Shown one piece after another: positions 19,862 to 29,922 of a stretch of 64,000 nucleotides of DNA. Made by a program: the position numbers and the translations under genes. Numbering within the stretch: the first letter of the stretch is position 1; the number at the start of each line of letters is the position of its first letter. The stretch lies in the NCBI GenBank assembly GCA_964583165.1, contig CAZOVK010000003.1, positions 1 through 64,000 on the forward strand. Direction: 5' to 3'. The notes beneath the pieces were generated by a model. The model saw only the letters and a program-made list of their open reading frames with translations, was not told the origin of the DNA and did no database searches. The DNA is from an uncultured Defluviitaleaceae bacterium. Lineage in GTDB: Bacteria > Bacillota > Clostridia > Lachnospirales > WRAX01.

Positions 19862-20056
19862 AGAAATCTTGGGCGGGTAGGTTTTCTACCCGCCTCAAAA
19901 TAGGTTAAACGGTGGTGTTCGATGAATAAGTGGTGGCTTTGTATTGCTTCTGCTCCATACATGGTCTGAATGGGCGGGAATGTATGGGGCGTAAATAGTA
20001 ATTAACCGTCCGATTCAGGCTTTGTATCCCTGACAAAAAGTCTAAGGAGCAAAGTC
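19862..20056 (+). promoter_or_regulatory. structured 5' leader with a 15-codon upstream ORF (putative translational attenuator)
   Basis: Hairpin GGCGGGTAG/CTACCCGCC at 19872-19894. Leader ORF MNKWWLCIASAPYMV at 19922-19969, with GGTGGTG upstream. A third GGGCGGG copy at 19972-19978 could pair alternatively with CCCGCC. The leader segment TGCTCC (19952-19957) is complementary to the MFS RBS GGAGCA. Confidence 0.4.
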
Positions 20057-21346
20057 ATGAAAGGCATGAATTTTAAGGGTTTAGGTAAGTTCATTACATG
20101 GTGGAGCAGTCAAACGCTCTCGTCACTCGGCAGCTCAATGACAAAGTACGCGCTCATCATCTGGGCGTATACGCAACAAGGAACGGCAATGAGCGTTACA
20201 ATGCTCGCGTTCTGCTCATACTTACCGTCTATTTTGTTTGCGTTTATCGCGGGTACTATCGCTGACAAATGGGATAAAAAGAAGATACTCATAGCCACGA
20301 ATGTCATTATGGGCGTCGGCTCGGCTACGATTTTCGCGCTCTATTTGTCGGGTGGTCTAAGAGTTTGGCATCTCTACATTGTTAATATTGTGCTTAGTTT
20401 TATGGGTGCGTTTGAGTACCCGGCTGTGGTTGTGAGTACGTCACTGCTAGCGCCTAAGGAGCAGTACGCGCGCGTGAGTGGTCTACAGAACTTATATGAT
20501 TCGCTTGTGAAAATACTCACGCCGATTATAGCCACTTCGATTTTGGCGTTCGGTGGACTTTCGGCGATTCTTGTTGTCGATATGGTCACGTTTATTGTCG
20601 CGGTTGTGACGCTCGTGTTCTTTATCAAAATCCCTAAGATAGAGGTTAAACAAAGCAAAGAGGGGTTTTGGCAGAGCTGTTTGGCGGGCTTGAGGTTCTT
20701 GCTGGCGAATAGGGCACTGTGGTTGATTATTCTGTATATGTCGTTTATCAACCTGCTTGCGTATTTGACGGGTTATGGCATATTACCCGCTATGGTTCTG
20801 GCACGGACGGGTGATAACCAGACTATTCTTGGGCTTGTATCGGGCGCGATGGGCGTTGGTACGCTTGTCGGCAGTATGATTGTCACGATGTTTGGCTTGC
20901 CCAAAAAGCGCACTGTAACTGTTTTCGCTTCACTTGCGCTTTCGTTTCTGTTTTGCGACATTTTCTGGGGTTTGAACCTCGGCGCATGGACTTGGATTGT
21001 GGGTGCATTCTTGGGGCACGTGCCATTGCCGTTTATGGGCGGCAGTCTGACGCTCGTTATGCGCACGAAGATTCCTATAGAGATGCAAGGTCGCGTGTTC
21101 TCGGCGCGTGATACCGTACAGTTTATTACTATACCTATTGGGCTTGCGCTCGGCGGTTTTCTCGCTGACTATGTGTTTGAGCCGTTTATGGCAGGCGGCG
21201 GTATGTTTGCGAACGCGCTATCCTATGTAGTAGGCTACGGTCATGGTTCGGGTATGGCGATAATATTCTTAATAACAGGTTTATCGGGTATAGTCAGCAG
21301 TTTGTTCTGCCTAACTAAACCGATTTTCAAGGAGTTGGACGCATAA
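20057..21346 (+). CDS. MFS-family transporter (efflux type, 12 TM)
   Basis: 429 aa and polytopic, with the MFS motif region GTIADKWDKKKIL after TM2. Confidence 0.82.
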   Translation: MKGMNFKGLGKFITWWSSQTLSSLGSSMTKYALIIWAYTQQGTAMSVTMLAFCSYLPSILFAFIAGTIADKWDKKKILIATNVIMGVGSATIFALYLSGGLRVWHLYIVNIVLSFMGAFEYPAVVVSTSLLAPKEQYARVSGLQNLYDSLVKILTPIIATSILAFGGLSAILVVDMVTFIVAVVTLVFFIKIPKIEVKQSKEGFWQSCLAGLRFLLANRALWLIILYMSFINLLAYLTGYGILPAMVLARTGDNQTILGLVSGAMGVGTLVGSMIVTMFGLPKKRTVTVFASLALSFLFCDIFWGLNLGAWTWIVGAFLGHVPLPFMGGSLTLVMRTKIPIEMQGRVFSARDTVQFITIPIGLALGGFLADYVFEPFMAGGGMFANALSYVVGYGHGSGMAIIFLITGLSGIVSSLFCLTKPIFKELDA

Positions 21347-21350
21347 AATG

Positions 21351-21379
21351 GGGCGGGGATAATCCCGCCCTTACTATTT
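21351..21379. terminator. bidirectional terminator between the MFS gene and the convergent lipoprotein gene
   Basis: GGGCGGG-gataat-CCCGCCC is a perfect 7-bp stem, followed by TTACTATTT. Confidence 0.5.
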
Positions 21380-21979
21380 CCACAATATGCCGCCGTATAT
21401 TGGCTCGTCTTTCACATATTTGAAGAAACGCGTTATGCCGTTTTCAAAGTCTGTGTCAGATATGAATTCTTTTTTGGCGGTGAAGGCACTTTTGTATACA
21501 AATGTGCCACCGCTTTCGTCCTTGCAAACAAACCAGAGAATAGGGAAGGTTTGTTCGTTGCCTTTGCCAAACCTCTTAATTGGTTTGCCGTTAGCCATAT
21601 CAATACACGCAATGGGTGTAAATGATGATTCGCCGATTGTTTGCAAGTCTTCGCTTGCGGTTTCGTGGTAAATGACTGTCTTGTCACTTACATTGTAGAA
21701 CGCGTGGTTTAGAGCGTCCGTGTTGTCAACCGCCAACAAATACCATTCCGAATCAGGCGCGTAATCAAACAAAGCCTTGTTGTCAGCACTTACTATGTTA
21801 ATAATCGGCAATACCTTAACAACGCCAGAAACATCAATCTCTTCGGGCGTTGGGCTTGTTACGGAACGGATAGTTTCGGTTAACCTATCCGTTCCGCTCT
21901 TACAACCAAATAATGTGAGTAGAATGGCAAAAGCCACAAGCCGCAACGCGTTTCTACAAATTCGCCGCTTCAAGTTCAT
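21374..21979 (-). CDS. hypothetical lipoprotein
   Basis: Signal peptide with an LFGC lipobox. Start taken at MNLKRR, which overlaps the last 26 nt of alaS. No recognisable domain. Confidence 0.5.
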   Translation of the reverse strand: MNLKRRICRNALRLVAFAILLTLFGCKSGTDRLTETIRSVTSPTPEEIDVSGVVKVLPIINIVSADNKALFDYAPDSEWYLLAVDNTDALNHAFYNVSDKTVIYHETASEDLQTIGESSFTPIACIDMANGKPIKRFGKGNEQTFPILWFVCKDESGGTFVYKSAFTAKKEFISDTDFENGITRFFKYVKDEPIYGGILWK

Positions 21980-24596
21980 ATTTAATTGCTTCAATGGCAA
22001 TGCCAAGGGCAGTGGCATCTTTCAAGCCGGCTTGCGCCATATTGGGCTTGCCACCGCCGGAACCACCCGCCGCTTGTGAGGCTTTCTTGACAAGATTACC
22101 CGCGTGGATACCTTTTTTGACTAAATCGTCCGTCACGCTGACGATAAGCGTTATCTTGCCGTCAAACGCATTCGAGGTGATGACAACGCCCGATTTAATG
22201 CGTTCACGCATCTTGTCGCCCATTGCGCGAAGTTCGTTAACGTCAGAGCTTTGTTCAACTGCCGCGATAACGACGTTAATACTGCCGATTGTCGTCTTGC
22301 CGAGCATGAAGTTATCAACTACGCCGCTGTTTGCCGCCGCGCGGAGTTTTTCAAACTCCTTGTTGATTTCCTTGGCTGTTGCGAGCATGGTTGTTATCTT
22401 CTTATACGCGCTTTCAACGGGCACATTCACGGCAGACGCTATGTTTTCGAGTGTTTCTCTGTCGGAGTGATAGCTTTTGAGAGCTTCTTCGCGTGTGACG
22501 GCTTCAATACGCCTTACGCCCGCCGCAATGCCGCTTTCAGACAAGATTCTGAATGACGAAACAAGGCTAGTGTTCGCGACATGCGTACCGCCACACAGTT
22601 CTATAGATGTGTTGGCGATGTTGACTACACGCACAGTGCTGCCGTATTTTTCGCCGAAGAGCGCGACAGCCCCCATTTGCTTGGCTTCGTTAATACCCGT
22701 CACAATCGTGTCAATGGGCATGGCCATGAGGATATAATCATTGACGCGTCTTTCTATGCGCCTAAGGGTTTCTGTCGTCACGGCTTCAAAATGTGTGAAG
22801 TCGAAGCGCAGACCGTCTTCGCGAACCTGTGAACCCGCCTGTTCAACGTGGTTGCCGAGTTCTTCTTTGAGCGCCTTATGGAGTAGGTGGGTGACCGAGT
22901 GGTTCGCCGAGATGTTCAGGCGATAGATTATATCAACCGTGAGTTTAGCCGTCTGACCCGCGTAGAGTGTGCCGTCTTCCACATGCCCGAAGTGGGCTAT
23001 CTTGTCGCCTGTGACCTTTTGGGTATCGGTGACAATAAAACTTGCCGTGTCTGTAATGATTGCGCCGATGTCGCCGTTTTGACCGCCCGAACGCGCGTAG
23101 AATGGCGTGTTTTCAGTGATTATCACGGCCTGTGTGCCGCTTTCAACGCTTTCAACAACCGTGTCGTTCGCGATAAGATAGATAATCTGACTGTTGTCGG
23201 TGAGTTTGTCATAACCCGTGAATGTCGAGTGAATCGCCTTGTCGAGCCTATTGAAAACGGTGTCTTCCGCGCCCATATAGGTTGAAGCCTCGCGCGAAGC
23301 ACGACCGCGTGTGCGTTGCTGTTCCATTTCGGCGTAGAAGCCTTCGCGGTCAACAGTGAAGCCCTCGCCCAATAACTCCTCTTCCATGAGTTCGAGTGGG
23401 AAACCGTATGTGTCATAGAGTTTGAACGCGTCCGTGCCCGAAACAGTGCTACCCGCCGTCGCGCGGAGGTTCTCCACCAAATCACGCAGAAGCCCCAGCC
23501 CCGAGTCTATTGTTTCAAAGAAGCGGTTTTCTTCAACGGTCAACAGCTTCAAGATGTAATCCTGCTTTTCGGCCAGTTCGGGGTATGCCTGTTTGGAGCT
23601 ATCAATCAGCGTCACAGCAAGAACGGGCAAGAAACCCTTTTCTATGCCCAGAAGCCGCCCATGACGTGCCGCACGGCGTAACAACCGCCTCAGTACATAA
23701 CCGCGCCCCTCATTTGACGGCAAAATACCGTCAGAAATCATGAACGTAATACTCCGAACATGGTCAGTGATGACGCGCACAGATATATCTTTCTTCGCGT
23801 CCGTGTTATACGTATAGTTCGCGAGCTTGCAGATATGGTCACGGAGCATCTTTAACGTGTCTAAATCGAACAAAGATGTCACGCCCTGCATGACCATGCC
23901 CAGACGCTCTAAGCCCATTCCCGTGTCTATGTTGTTGTACGCAAGCTTTGTATATGTGCCGTCTTCATTCTTATTGAATTGAGTAAAGACGTTGTTCCAG
24001 ATTTCAATGTATCTGTCACAATCACAACCCACCGTACAATTAGGCTTGCCGCAACCGTATTCTTCGCCGCGGTCAAAGTAAACCTCAGAGCAGGGACCGC
24101 AAGGGCCAAGCCCGACTTCCCAGAAGTTGTCATCCTTACCCATGCGGAAAATCTTTTCTTTAGGCAAGCCGATAATGTTGTGCCAGATGTCATACGCTTC
24201 GTCGTCTTCTTCATAGACGCTTGCGAACAAGCGGCTTTCGGGGATGCCCATTACATTTAAGAGAAAATCCCACGTGAATTTAATCGAGCCTTCTTTGAAA
24301 TAGTCACCGAAAGAGAAGTTGCCGAGCATTTCAAAGAAAGAGCCGTGGCGTGAAGTAATGCCCACATTATCAATGTCGTTTGTGCGCAAACACTTCTGAC
24401 AGCTTGTGACCCTCAAACTCGGTGGCTGTTCTATCCGCGCGAAGTAGGGCTTGAGCGGAGCCATGCCCGAATTGATGACGAGTAGGCTCTTGTCGTTTTG
24501 TGGCACGAGTGATGCCGACGCAAGCCTTAAATGCCCGTTTTCTTCAAAATACTTGAGAAATCTCTCGCGGATTTCGTTTAATCCCATGTATTCCAT
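21954..24596 (-). CDS. alaS: alanine--tRNA ligase
   Basis: 880 aa with class II core motifs, an editing domain, and a C-terminal DHHA1-like GGGG region. Confidence 0.92.
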   Translation of the reverse strand: MEYMGLNEIRERFLKYFEENGHLRLASASLVPQNDKSLLVINSGMAPLKPYFARIEQPPSLRVTSCQKCLRTNDIDNVGITSRHGSFFEMLGNFSFGDYFKEGSIKFTWDFLLNVMGIPESRLFASVYEEDDEAYDIWHNIIGLPKEKIFRMGKDDNFWEVGLGPCGPCSEVYFDRGEEYGCGKPNCTVGCDCDRYIEIWNNVFTQFNKNEDGTYTKLAYNNIDTGMGLERLGMVMQGVTSLFDLDTLKMLRDHICKLANYTYNTDAKKDISVRVITDHVRSITFMISDGILPSNEGRGYVLRRLLRRAARHGRLLGIEKGFLPVLAVTLIDSSKQAYPELAEKQDYILKLLTVEENRFFETIDSGLGLLRDLVENLRATAGSTVSGTDAFKLYDTYGFPLELMEEELLGEGFTVDREGFYAEMEQQRTRGRASREASTYMGAEDTVFNRLDKAIHSTFTGYDKLTDNSQIIYLIANDTVVESVESGTQAVIITENTPFYARSGGQNGDIGAIITDTASFIVTDTQKVTGDKIAHFGHVEDGTLYAGQTAKLTVDIIYRLNISANHSVTHLLHKALKEELGNHVEQAGSQVREDGLRFDFTHFEAVTTETLRRIERRVNDYILMAMPIDTIVTGINEAKQMGAVALFGEKYGSTVRVVNIANTSIELCGGTHVANTSLVSSFRILSESGIAAGVRRIEAVTREEALKSYHSDRETLENIASAVNVPVESAYKKITTMLATAKEINKEFEKLRAAANSGVVDNFMLGKTTIGSINVVIAAVEQSSDVNELRAMGDKMRERIKSGVVITSNAFDGKITLIVSVTDDLVKKGIHAGNLVKKASQAAGGSGGGKPNMAQAGLKDATALGIAIEAIKYELEAANL

Positions 24597-24627
24597 AATT
24601 GCCTCCAGATAATGCTATATTATGTAG

Positions 24628-24656
24628 AGTATATGTATTTTAGGTGAGCGTGTCAA
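24628..24656 (-). promoter_or_regulatory. alaS promoter with no T-box leader
   Basis: On the minus strand, TTGACA, a 17-bp spacer, then TATACT. The RBS GGAGG and the ATG lie about 35 nt downstream, so there is no room for a T-box. Confidence 0.5.
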
Positions 24657-24659
24657 CAA

Positions 24660-24693
24660 GAAAAAAGGGCTTCGCGTGTCGAAACCCTTTTTG
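24660..24693 (-). terminator. terminator after degV
   Basis: AGGGTTTCG-acacg-CGAAGCCCT stem on the minus strand, followed by TTTTTTCTT. Confidence 0.6.
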
Positions 24694-24703
24694 TTGTCAT
24701 CTA

Positions 24704-25579
24704 CTATAGCGTATCGTGCTTGCGCAGGTAACCAATGGCTATGGTTGTGGGGCCGATATGCGCCCCGATTGTTACGCCAAGGCTTGAAATGGGGTAGTCA
24801 ACGACCATGCCGGCCTTTTCTATAGCTTCCTTCGTCTGTTTGGCGGTTTCAAGCTCGTCGCCGTGCATTACAAAGTATGAATACTTAGATTTATCAGAGC
24901 CTGTAGCCTCGTCGAGTTGGCGCACAATCTCTGCCAATGCTTTCGCGCGACCGCGCACCTTCGTGCCGGGGTTCAATTCGCCGTTTTTGAATACGATGAT
25001 GGGCTTAATGCTAAGTAAGCTACCCGCAAGCGCACTGGCCTTGCCGATTCGCCCGCCTTTTTGGAGGTAGGCAAGGGAGTCAACCGTTACGAAAATCTGA
25101 CACTCGCTCTTGATAAGCTCTAAGCGGCTATCAATGTCATAAATGGGCATACCCGAATCACGCATGTCGGCGGCTTGGAGCACAAACGCGCCTTGCGCGG
25201 CCGTACAGAGCTGAGAGTCAATGACTATTATATTCGCGTCGGGAAATTCTTCTTTTACAAGCGCTTGTGCGTTAACGGCGCTACCGTAAGAGCCGGAGAA
25301 TTTACTCGTTATACAAATACATAACACATCAAAGCCGCCGTTAATAGCCGCGCGAAACTCCGCCTGATACGCGGAAATACTCGGCAGGCTGGTTTTCGGG
25401 AAGACGTTTTGTGTACGGAGTGTATGATAGAACTCCTCAATAGTGATGTCTATGTTCTCTCTATAGTATTTACTGCCGTCAAAGGTGACAGAGAATGGCA
25501 CAATGGTTATGTCGCGCTTCTTGGCGGTGTCTAGTGTCAGCTCGCAGGAACTGTCGGCTATTATTTTAATTGGCTTCAA
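24704..25579 (-). CDS. DegV-family fatty-acid-binding protein
   Basis: EDD/DegV fold motifs (IIADSSCEL...VPFSVTFDG...SLAYLQKGGRIG). Confidence 0.85.
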   Translation of the reverse strand: MKPIKIIADSSCELTLDTAKKRDITIVPFSVTFDGSKYYRENIDITIEEFYHTLRTQNVFPKTSLPSISAYQAEFRAAINGGFDVLCICITSKFSGSYGSAVNAQALVKEEFPDANIIVIDSQLCTAAQGAFVLQAADMRDSGMPIYDIDSRLELIKSECQIFVTVDSLAYLQKGGRIGKASALAGSLLSIKPIIVFKNGELNPGTKVRGRAKALAEIVRQLDEATGSDKSKYSYFVMHGDELETAKQTKEAIEKAGMVVDYPISSLGVTIGAHIGPTTIAIGYLRKHDTL

Positions 25580-25707
25580 TGTAACCCTCCTTCAAATTCA
25601 CACTCTCTATTCTAAATTATTTTTATACATTTGTCCATAGATTTTTTTCACTGCATAAGTTATAATTATCAAAGAAGTACAAACTTCGACGAATAACGGA
25701 GGTGTAA

Positions 25708-26628
25708 ATGTTTACAGCGCTTGTCAATAATCTCACTACGCTGCTTCTGCTACTCGCCACAGGTTTTGTTATCAGACGGTTACATATTTTAGATGACAGA
25801 ATGAACGCCGGGCTTTCAGAACTTATGCTCAAAGTCGCGCTACCCGCTACGATTATCTATTCCATGCAGACACATTTCACAAGGGAGCTGTTTATGCAGG
25901 GCGGCTTCGTTATGATTGCGGTATTCTTTATCTCGGCGCTGGGCATGATTTTGGGTTATTTAGTACCGATATGGCTGAAACAGCCATATGAGAGCCGTGG
26001 CATTTGGATGTTCGCCATTGCATTTGGGAATTTGAGTTATATGGGTATACCTATTATTGCGGCGATTTTCGGTGATGAGGCGCTGTTTTTTGTTTCAATG
26101 GGTACTGTCGGGTATAATCTGCTTGCGCCCACACTCGGCGCTCACTTTATGAAACATTATGCCCACTACGGCAAAAAGGAAGTTAAATTCAAGGTCAGCC
26201 CAGCTTTTGCGGCCACACTGATTGGTTTGTTCTTTTTTGTATTCTCTATTCAACTGCCTTATCCTGTAATAAGTGCGCTGACACTAATGGGGCACACGAC
26301 AACGCCGCTGTCTATGGTTTTGATTGGGAGTTTTTTGGCCCATCAAGACTTCGGGGTATTGTTTAGGCAAAGAAGACTGTACATAGCTGTTTTGTTCAGA
26401 AACGTTTTGATACCGTTACTTGTGTTCGTATTGCTATCGCCCTTTGTTCAGAGTACGGAGATTTTCGCGATTGTCGTATATCTGTCGAGTATGCCGTCTG
26501 CGGCTACGACTACGATGTACGCCAATATCTATGACGCAGACGCAACTACAGCGAGTGCTCTGGTATTTATGACGACTGTGTTTTCTCTGGTTACGATACC
26601 GCTATTGTCTTTGATTCTGCCGCATTGA
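25708..26628 (+). CDS. AEC-family (auxin efflux carrier-like) membrane transporter
   Basis: 306 aa, polytopic, with a two-repeat 5+5 TM architecture typical of PF03547. Confidence 0.78.
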   Translation: MFTALVNNLTTLLLLLATGFVIRRLHILDDRMNAGLSELMLKVALPATIIYSMQTHFTRELFMQGGFVMIAVFFISALGMILGYLVPIWLKQPYESRGIWMFAIAFGNLSYMGIPIIAAIFGDEALFFVSMGTVGYNLLAPTLGAHFMKHYAHYGKKEVKFKVSPAFAATLIGLFFFVFSIQLPYPVISALTLMGHTTTPLSMVLIGSFLAHQDFGVLFRQRRLYIAVLFRNVLIPLLVFVLLSPFVQSTEIFAIVVYLSSMPSAATTTMYANIYDADATTASALVFMTTVFSLVTIPLLSLILPH

Positions 26629-26761
26629 TTAAGTCGAAGGCTAGCGCCCACGCCATGAGTATTGAGTTGTAGTGGTTTTAAGATACTACCGCCTTTAGGT
26701 GGTACCCGAATGCCGGGTCGCATTAGGCGACCCAATTTCTGATAGATAGGTGGTGTAGCCT

Positions 26762-28531
26762 ATTTTTATACCGGATGACGCGCTTGAAGAGATAAGGGCG
26801 CGGAATGATATTATTGATGTAATATCGGGTTATGTGGCTTTGAAAAAACGCGGCGACAACCATGTGGGGTTGTGCCCGTTTCACCGTGAGAAAACACCGT
26901 CGTTCTCGGTCAGTGAATCAAAGCAGATTTTTAAGTGCTTCGGCTGTGGCGTATCGGGCAATGTCTATGGTTTTATCATGCAGATTGAAAACTACAGCTT
27001 CATGGAAGCCGTGAAGTTTTTGGCTGACCGCGTGAACTTTCAAATACCCGAGCGCGGCGCGTCAAAAGCGGCGCGTGAACAGGCAGAAAAGCGTGCCGCG
27101 ATTCTGGATATGAACGTGAGGGCGGCGCGTTTTTTCCATGCGCGGTTGAATGACGAGAACGCGGGGCACGTTAGGGATTACCTAGACTCGCGCGGGATTC
27201 GTGCGGGTGTTTTAAGAAAATTTGGGCTAGGGTACACAGGCAAAGACGGAAACGCGCTCGCTACGTATCTATTGGAGGAAGGTTTCGCAGAAAACCTCAT
27301 TATTGAATCGGGTTTGTGCATGAAGGGGGAGCGCGGGAGGTTGTTTGACCGCTTCCGCAAGCGTTTGATGTTCCCGATTTTTGATAAGGACGCGCGGGTT
27401 GTCGGTTTCGGCGGGCGCGTTTTAGGTGATGGGCAACCTAAGTACCTCAATTCGCCCGATACGCCCGTGTTTGATAAGAAAACACAGCTTTATGGCATCA
27501 ACTTCGCGCGGAAAGCGAAAGCGCCAGAGATAATCCTTGTCGAGGGTTATATGGACGTAATCGGGTTGGCGCAAGCGGGGTTTGCGAACTGTTGCGCGGC
27601 TTTGGGCACGGCTTTTGGCGAGGCTCATGCGCGGTTGTTGAAGAATTATACGAAATCCGTGTTGATACTGTTCGATTCTGACAACGCTGGGGAAGCCGCG
27701 GCTGTACGCGCAATTCCGTTTTTGAGGGCGCAGGGGTTGAATGTGCGCGTTTTGCAGGTCACAGGCGCGAAAGACCCTGATGAATACATCAAGTTATACG
27801 GGGCGCAAGCCTTCGCCGACTTGGCGAACAAAGGTGCTGAAGATTTCATCACCTTCCAAGTCCGTGTTATGGAGAAGCAGTTTGACTTGACCCGCGCAGA
27901 CGGGCGCGTTCAATACATCAAGGCCGCCGCGAAACTCATTGCGGGGCTTGACGCGGCTATTGAGCGTGAGCAATATGGCGCGATTGTAGCGCAAAAACTC
28001 GGCGTATCGGAATCAGCGCTTGCAAACGAAGTCACACGCCAATCAGATGCCACTAATTCAACAAACACAGCCCGTCCGCCGTCATATAAAAATACATCCA
28101 GCATAATATCAACAGATAGAAATGCGCGTGCGCTTGATGAAGCCCGCCGCCACTTGCTCTATGCCATGGCGCGGGATATTGACGGCGCGAAATATGTGTC
28201 GAAACACTTGAAAGCTGATGACTTTGGCGTACCCGTCTATGCCGCGTTTTATAAGCGCTGCCTTGAACTCTATGAAGCCACCCAGCCTGTCACACAGGCA
28301 CGGCTCCTAAACATTTGTGAAACGCCCGAAGACTCGCGCGTTATTACCGCGATTTTCGACAATGTGTTGATTCCCGAAAGCAAAGACGACTATGAACGCG
28401 GACTGGCCGACCGCGTGAGGACGATTCAGATTAACGCCATTGATAACGAAATCAAGAATGCGAACACAGCGGAAGAAATTTCAAAGCTTCTGGAGCGCAA
28501 GAAAATTCTACTGTCGAAACCGGATAATTAA
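26762..28531 (+). CDS. dnaG: DNA primase
   Basis: Zinc-binding domain CPFHREKTPSF...CFGCG, TOPRIM domain (EGYMDVIGL...DSDNAGEAA), and a C-terminal DnaB-interaction domain. The conserved N-terminus IPDDALEEIRARNDIIDVIS lies upstream of the first in-frame ATG/GTG/TTG and is bounded by a TAG at 26756. The only start with an RBS is ATT at 26762 (AGGTGGTG 6 nt upstream). Confidence 0.8.
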   Translation: MFIPDDALEEIRARNDIIDVISGYVALKKRGDNHVGLCPFHREKTPSFSVSESKQIFKCFGCGVSGNVYGFIMQIENYSFMEAVKFLADRVNFQIPERGASKAAREQAEKRAAILDMNVRAARFFHARLNDENAGHVRDYLDSRGIRAGVLRKFGLGYTGKDGNALATYLLEEGFAENLIIESGLCMKGERGRLFDRFRKRLMFPIFDKDARVVGFGGRVLGDGQPKYLNSPDTPVFDKKTQLYGINFARKAKAPEIILVEGYMDVIGLAQAGFANCCAALGTAFGEAHARLLKNYTKSVLILFDSDNAGEAAAVRAIPFLRAQGLNVRVLQVTGAKDPDEYIKLYGAQAFADLANKGAEDFITFQVRVMEKQFDLTRADGRVQYIKAAAKLIAGLDAAIEREQYGAIVAQKLGVSESALANEVTRQSDATNSTNTARPPSYKNTSSIISTDRNARALDEARRHLLYAMARDIDGAKYVSKHLKADDFGVPVYAAFYKRCLELYEATQPVTQARLLNICETPEDSRVITAIFDNVLIPESKDDYERGLADRVRTIQINAIDNEIKNANTAEEISKLLERKKILLSKPDN

Positions 28532-28710
28532 GCACTATATGTCTGTAAATCACATTTTTTCATGTATTGGCAAAAATTTTGTAAAGCAATTAGCCTTTTT
28601 TGCCGATATAACAGTATATATTGACTGTATATGGATAGAATATCACTGTAACCGCTTTACTGGCTGTATGCTTTGTGGGGCGGTTGCCGTTTACGAAAGG
28701 GAGATTTGCC

Positions 28711-29922
28711 GTGACAGTGGGCGACGAAACATTACTGAATGTCACAGTAGCACAAGAACAGAATGACGATAATATGGTTGAGCAAAACAACACTTCGGTG
28801 ACTTCAGAATCCGACGTGGTTCTTGAAGCGCCAAGACCGCTTGACAAGATTTTTGACGACCCTGTCGTTATCGGGAAGATACGCGACTTGGTTGCAACGG
28901 GCAAGCGCAAAAAGAATATGCTTGAGTATCGCGAAATCGTCGAACACTTGGCAACTCTCGAACTTGAGCCCGACCAGATTGAGAAAATCTATGAATACAT
29001 CGAAGCCAATGGCGTCGATGTGCTTGGTTTGGTTGAAGAAATCGATGAGGATTTAGACAAGGACTTGGATTTGGTGCTCACTGAGGGCACTATCAATATT
29101 GACGACCATGTGCGTATGTACTTAAAGGAAATCGGCAAGGTTCCGCTTTTGTCGGCTGACGAGGAGCAGGAGCTCGCGAAGCGCATGGAAAACGGCGATT
29201 ATGAGGCGAAGAAGCGTTTGGCCGAAGCCAACTTGCGCTTGGTTGTCAGTATCGCGAAACGCTATGTCGGGCGCGGTATGCACTTTTTGGATTTGATTCA
29301 AGAGGGGAACCTCGGGCTTATTAAGGCTGTCGAAAAATTCGACTTCCGCAAAGGCTTCAAGTTCTCAACCTACGCCACATGGTGGATTAGGCAGGCGATA
29401 ACACGCGCCATCGCTGACCAAGCGCGGACAATTCGCATACCCGTTCATATGGTAGAAACGATAAATAAGTTACTGCGCGTATCGAAACAGCTCTTGCAAG
29501 AACTGGGGCGCGAACCTTCACCCGAGGAAATCGCTAAGGAAATGCAGATGCCTGTTGACAAGGTGCGCGAGATTATGAAGCTGTCGCAAGACCCTGTTTC
29601 GCTTGAAACACCTATCGGCGAGGAGGAAGACAGCCATATCGGCGACTTCATTGCGGACGAAGAAATCCCCGCGCCCGCTGATGCCGCCGCGTTTACCTTA
29701 CTTAAAGAACAGCTTATGAGCGTACTCGAAACGCTGACGGAGCGCGAAGAACGCGTTTTGCGTTTGCGTTTCGGGCTGGATGACGGTCGCGCCCGCACGC
29801 TTGAAGAAGTGGGCAAGGTGTTTAACGTCACACGCGAGCGCATACGTCAGATTGAGGCGAAAGCGCTCAGAAAACTTCGCCACCCGAGCAGAAGCAAGAA
29901 ACTGAAGGATTACCTTGACTAA
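28711..29922 (+). CDS. sigA: RNA polymerase sigma factor SigA/RpoD
   Basis: Regions 1.2 through 4 are all present ([49 protein letters not shown]). GTG start with AAGGGAG upstream. Confidence 0.9.
   Translation: MTVGDETLLNVTVAQEQNDDNMVEQNNTSVTSESDVVLEAPRPLDKIFDDPVVIGKIRDLVATGKRKKNMLEYREIVEHLATLELEPDQIEKIYEYIEANGVDVLGLVEEIDEDLDKDLDLVLTEGTINIDDHVRMYLKEIGKVPLLSADEEQELAKRMENGDYEAKKRLAEANLRLVVSIAKRYVGRGMHFLDLIQEGNLGLIKAVEKFDFRKGFKFSTYATWWIRQAITRAIADQARTIRIPVHMVETINKLLRVSKQLLQELGREPSPEEIAKEMQMPVDKVREIMKLSQDPVSLETPIGEEEDSHIGDFIADEEIPAPADAAAFTLLKEQLMSVLETLTEREERVLRLRFGLDDGRARTLEEVGKVFNVTRERIRQIEAKALRKLRHPSRSKKLKDYLD

Noticed and set aside
19862-20056. Known riboswitch classes (guanidine-I/II/III, fluoride, PRPP) upstream of the MFS gene
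   Set aside because: None of the consensus loops (ACGR tetraloops, GGGA/ykkC core, and so on) were found. A leader-peptide attenuator fits better.
21954-21979. 26-nt overlap between the alaS 3' end and the downstream lipoprotein start
   Set aside because: It is probably a start-codon choice issue (an alternative downstream start is possible). It is not evidence of a programmed overlap.
21994-23285. Several 100-160 aa ORFs antisense to alaS
   Set aside because: They lie inside a highly conserved aminoacyl-tRNA synthetase gene and have no start context.
24597-24703. Possible T-box leader upstream of alaS
   Set aside because: The promoter to start-codon distance is only about 40 nt, and no specifier or T-box motif is present.
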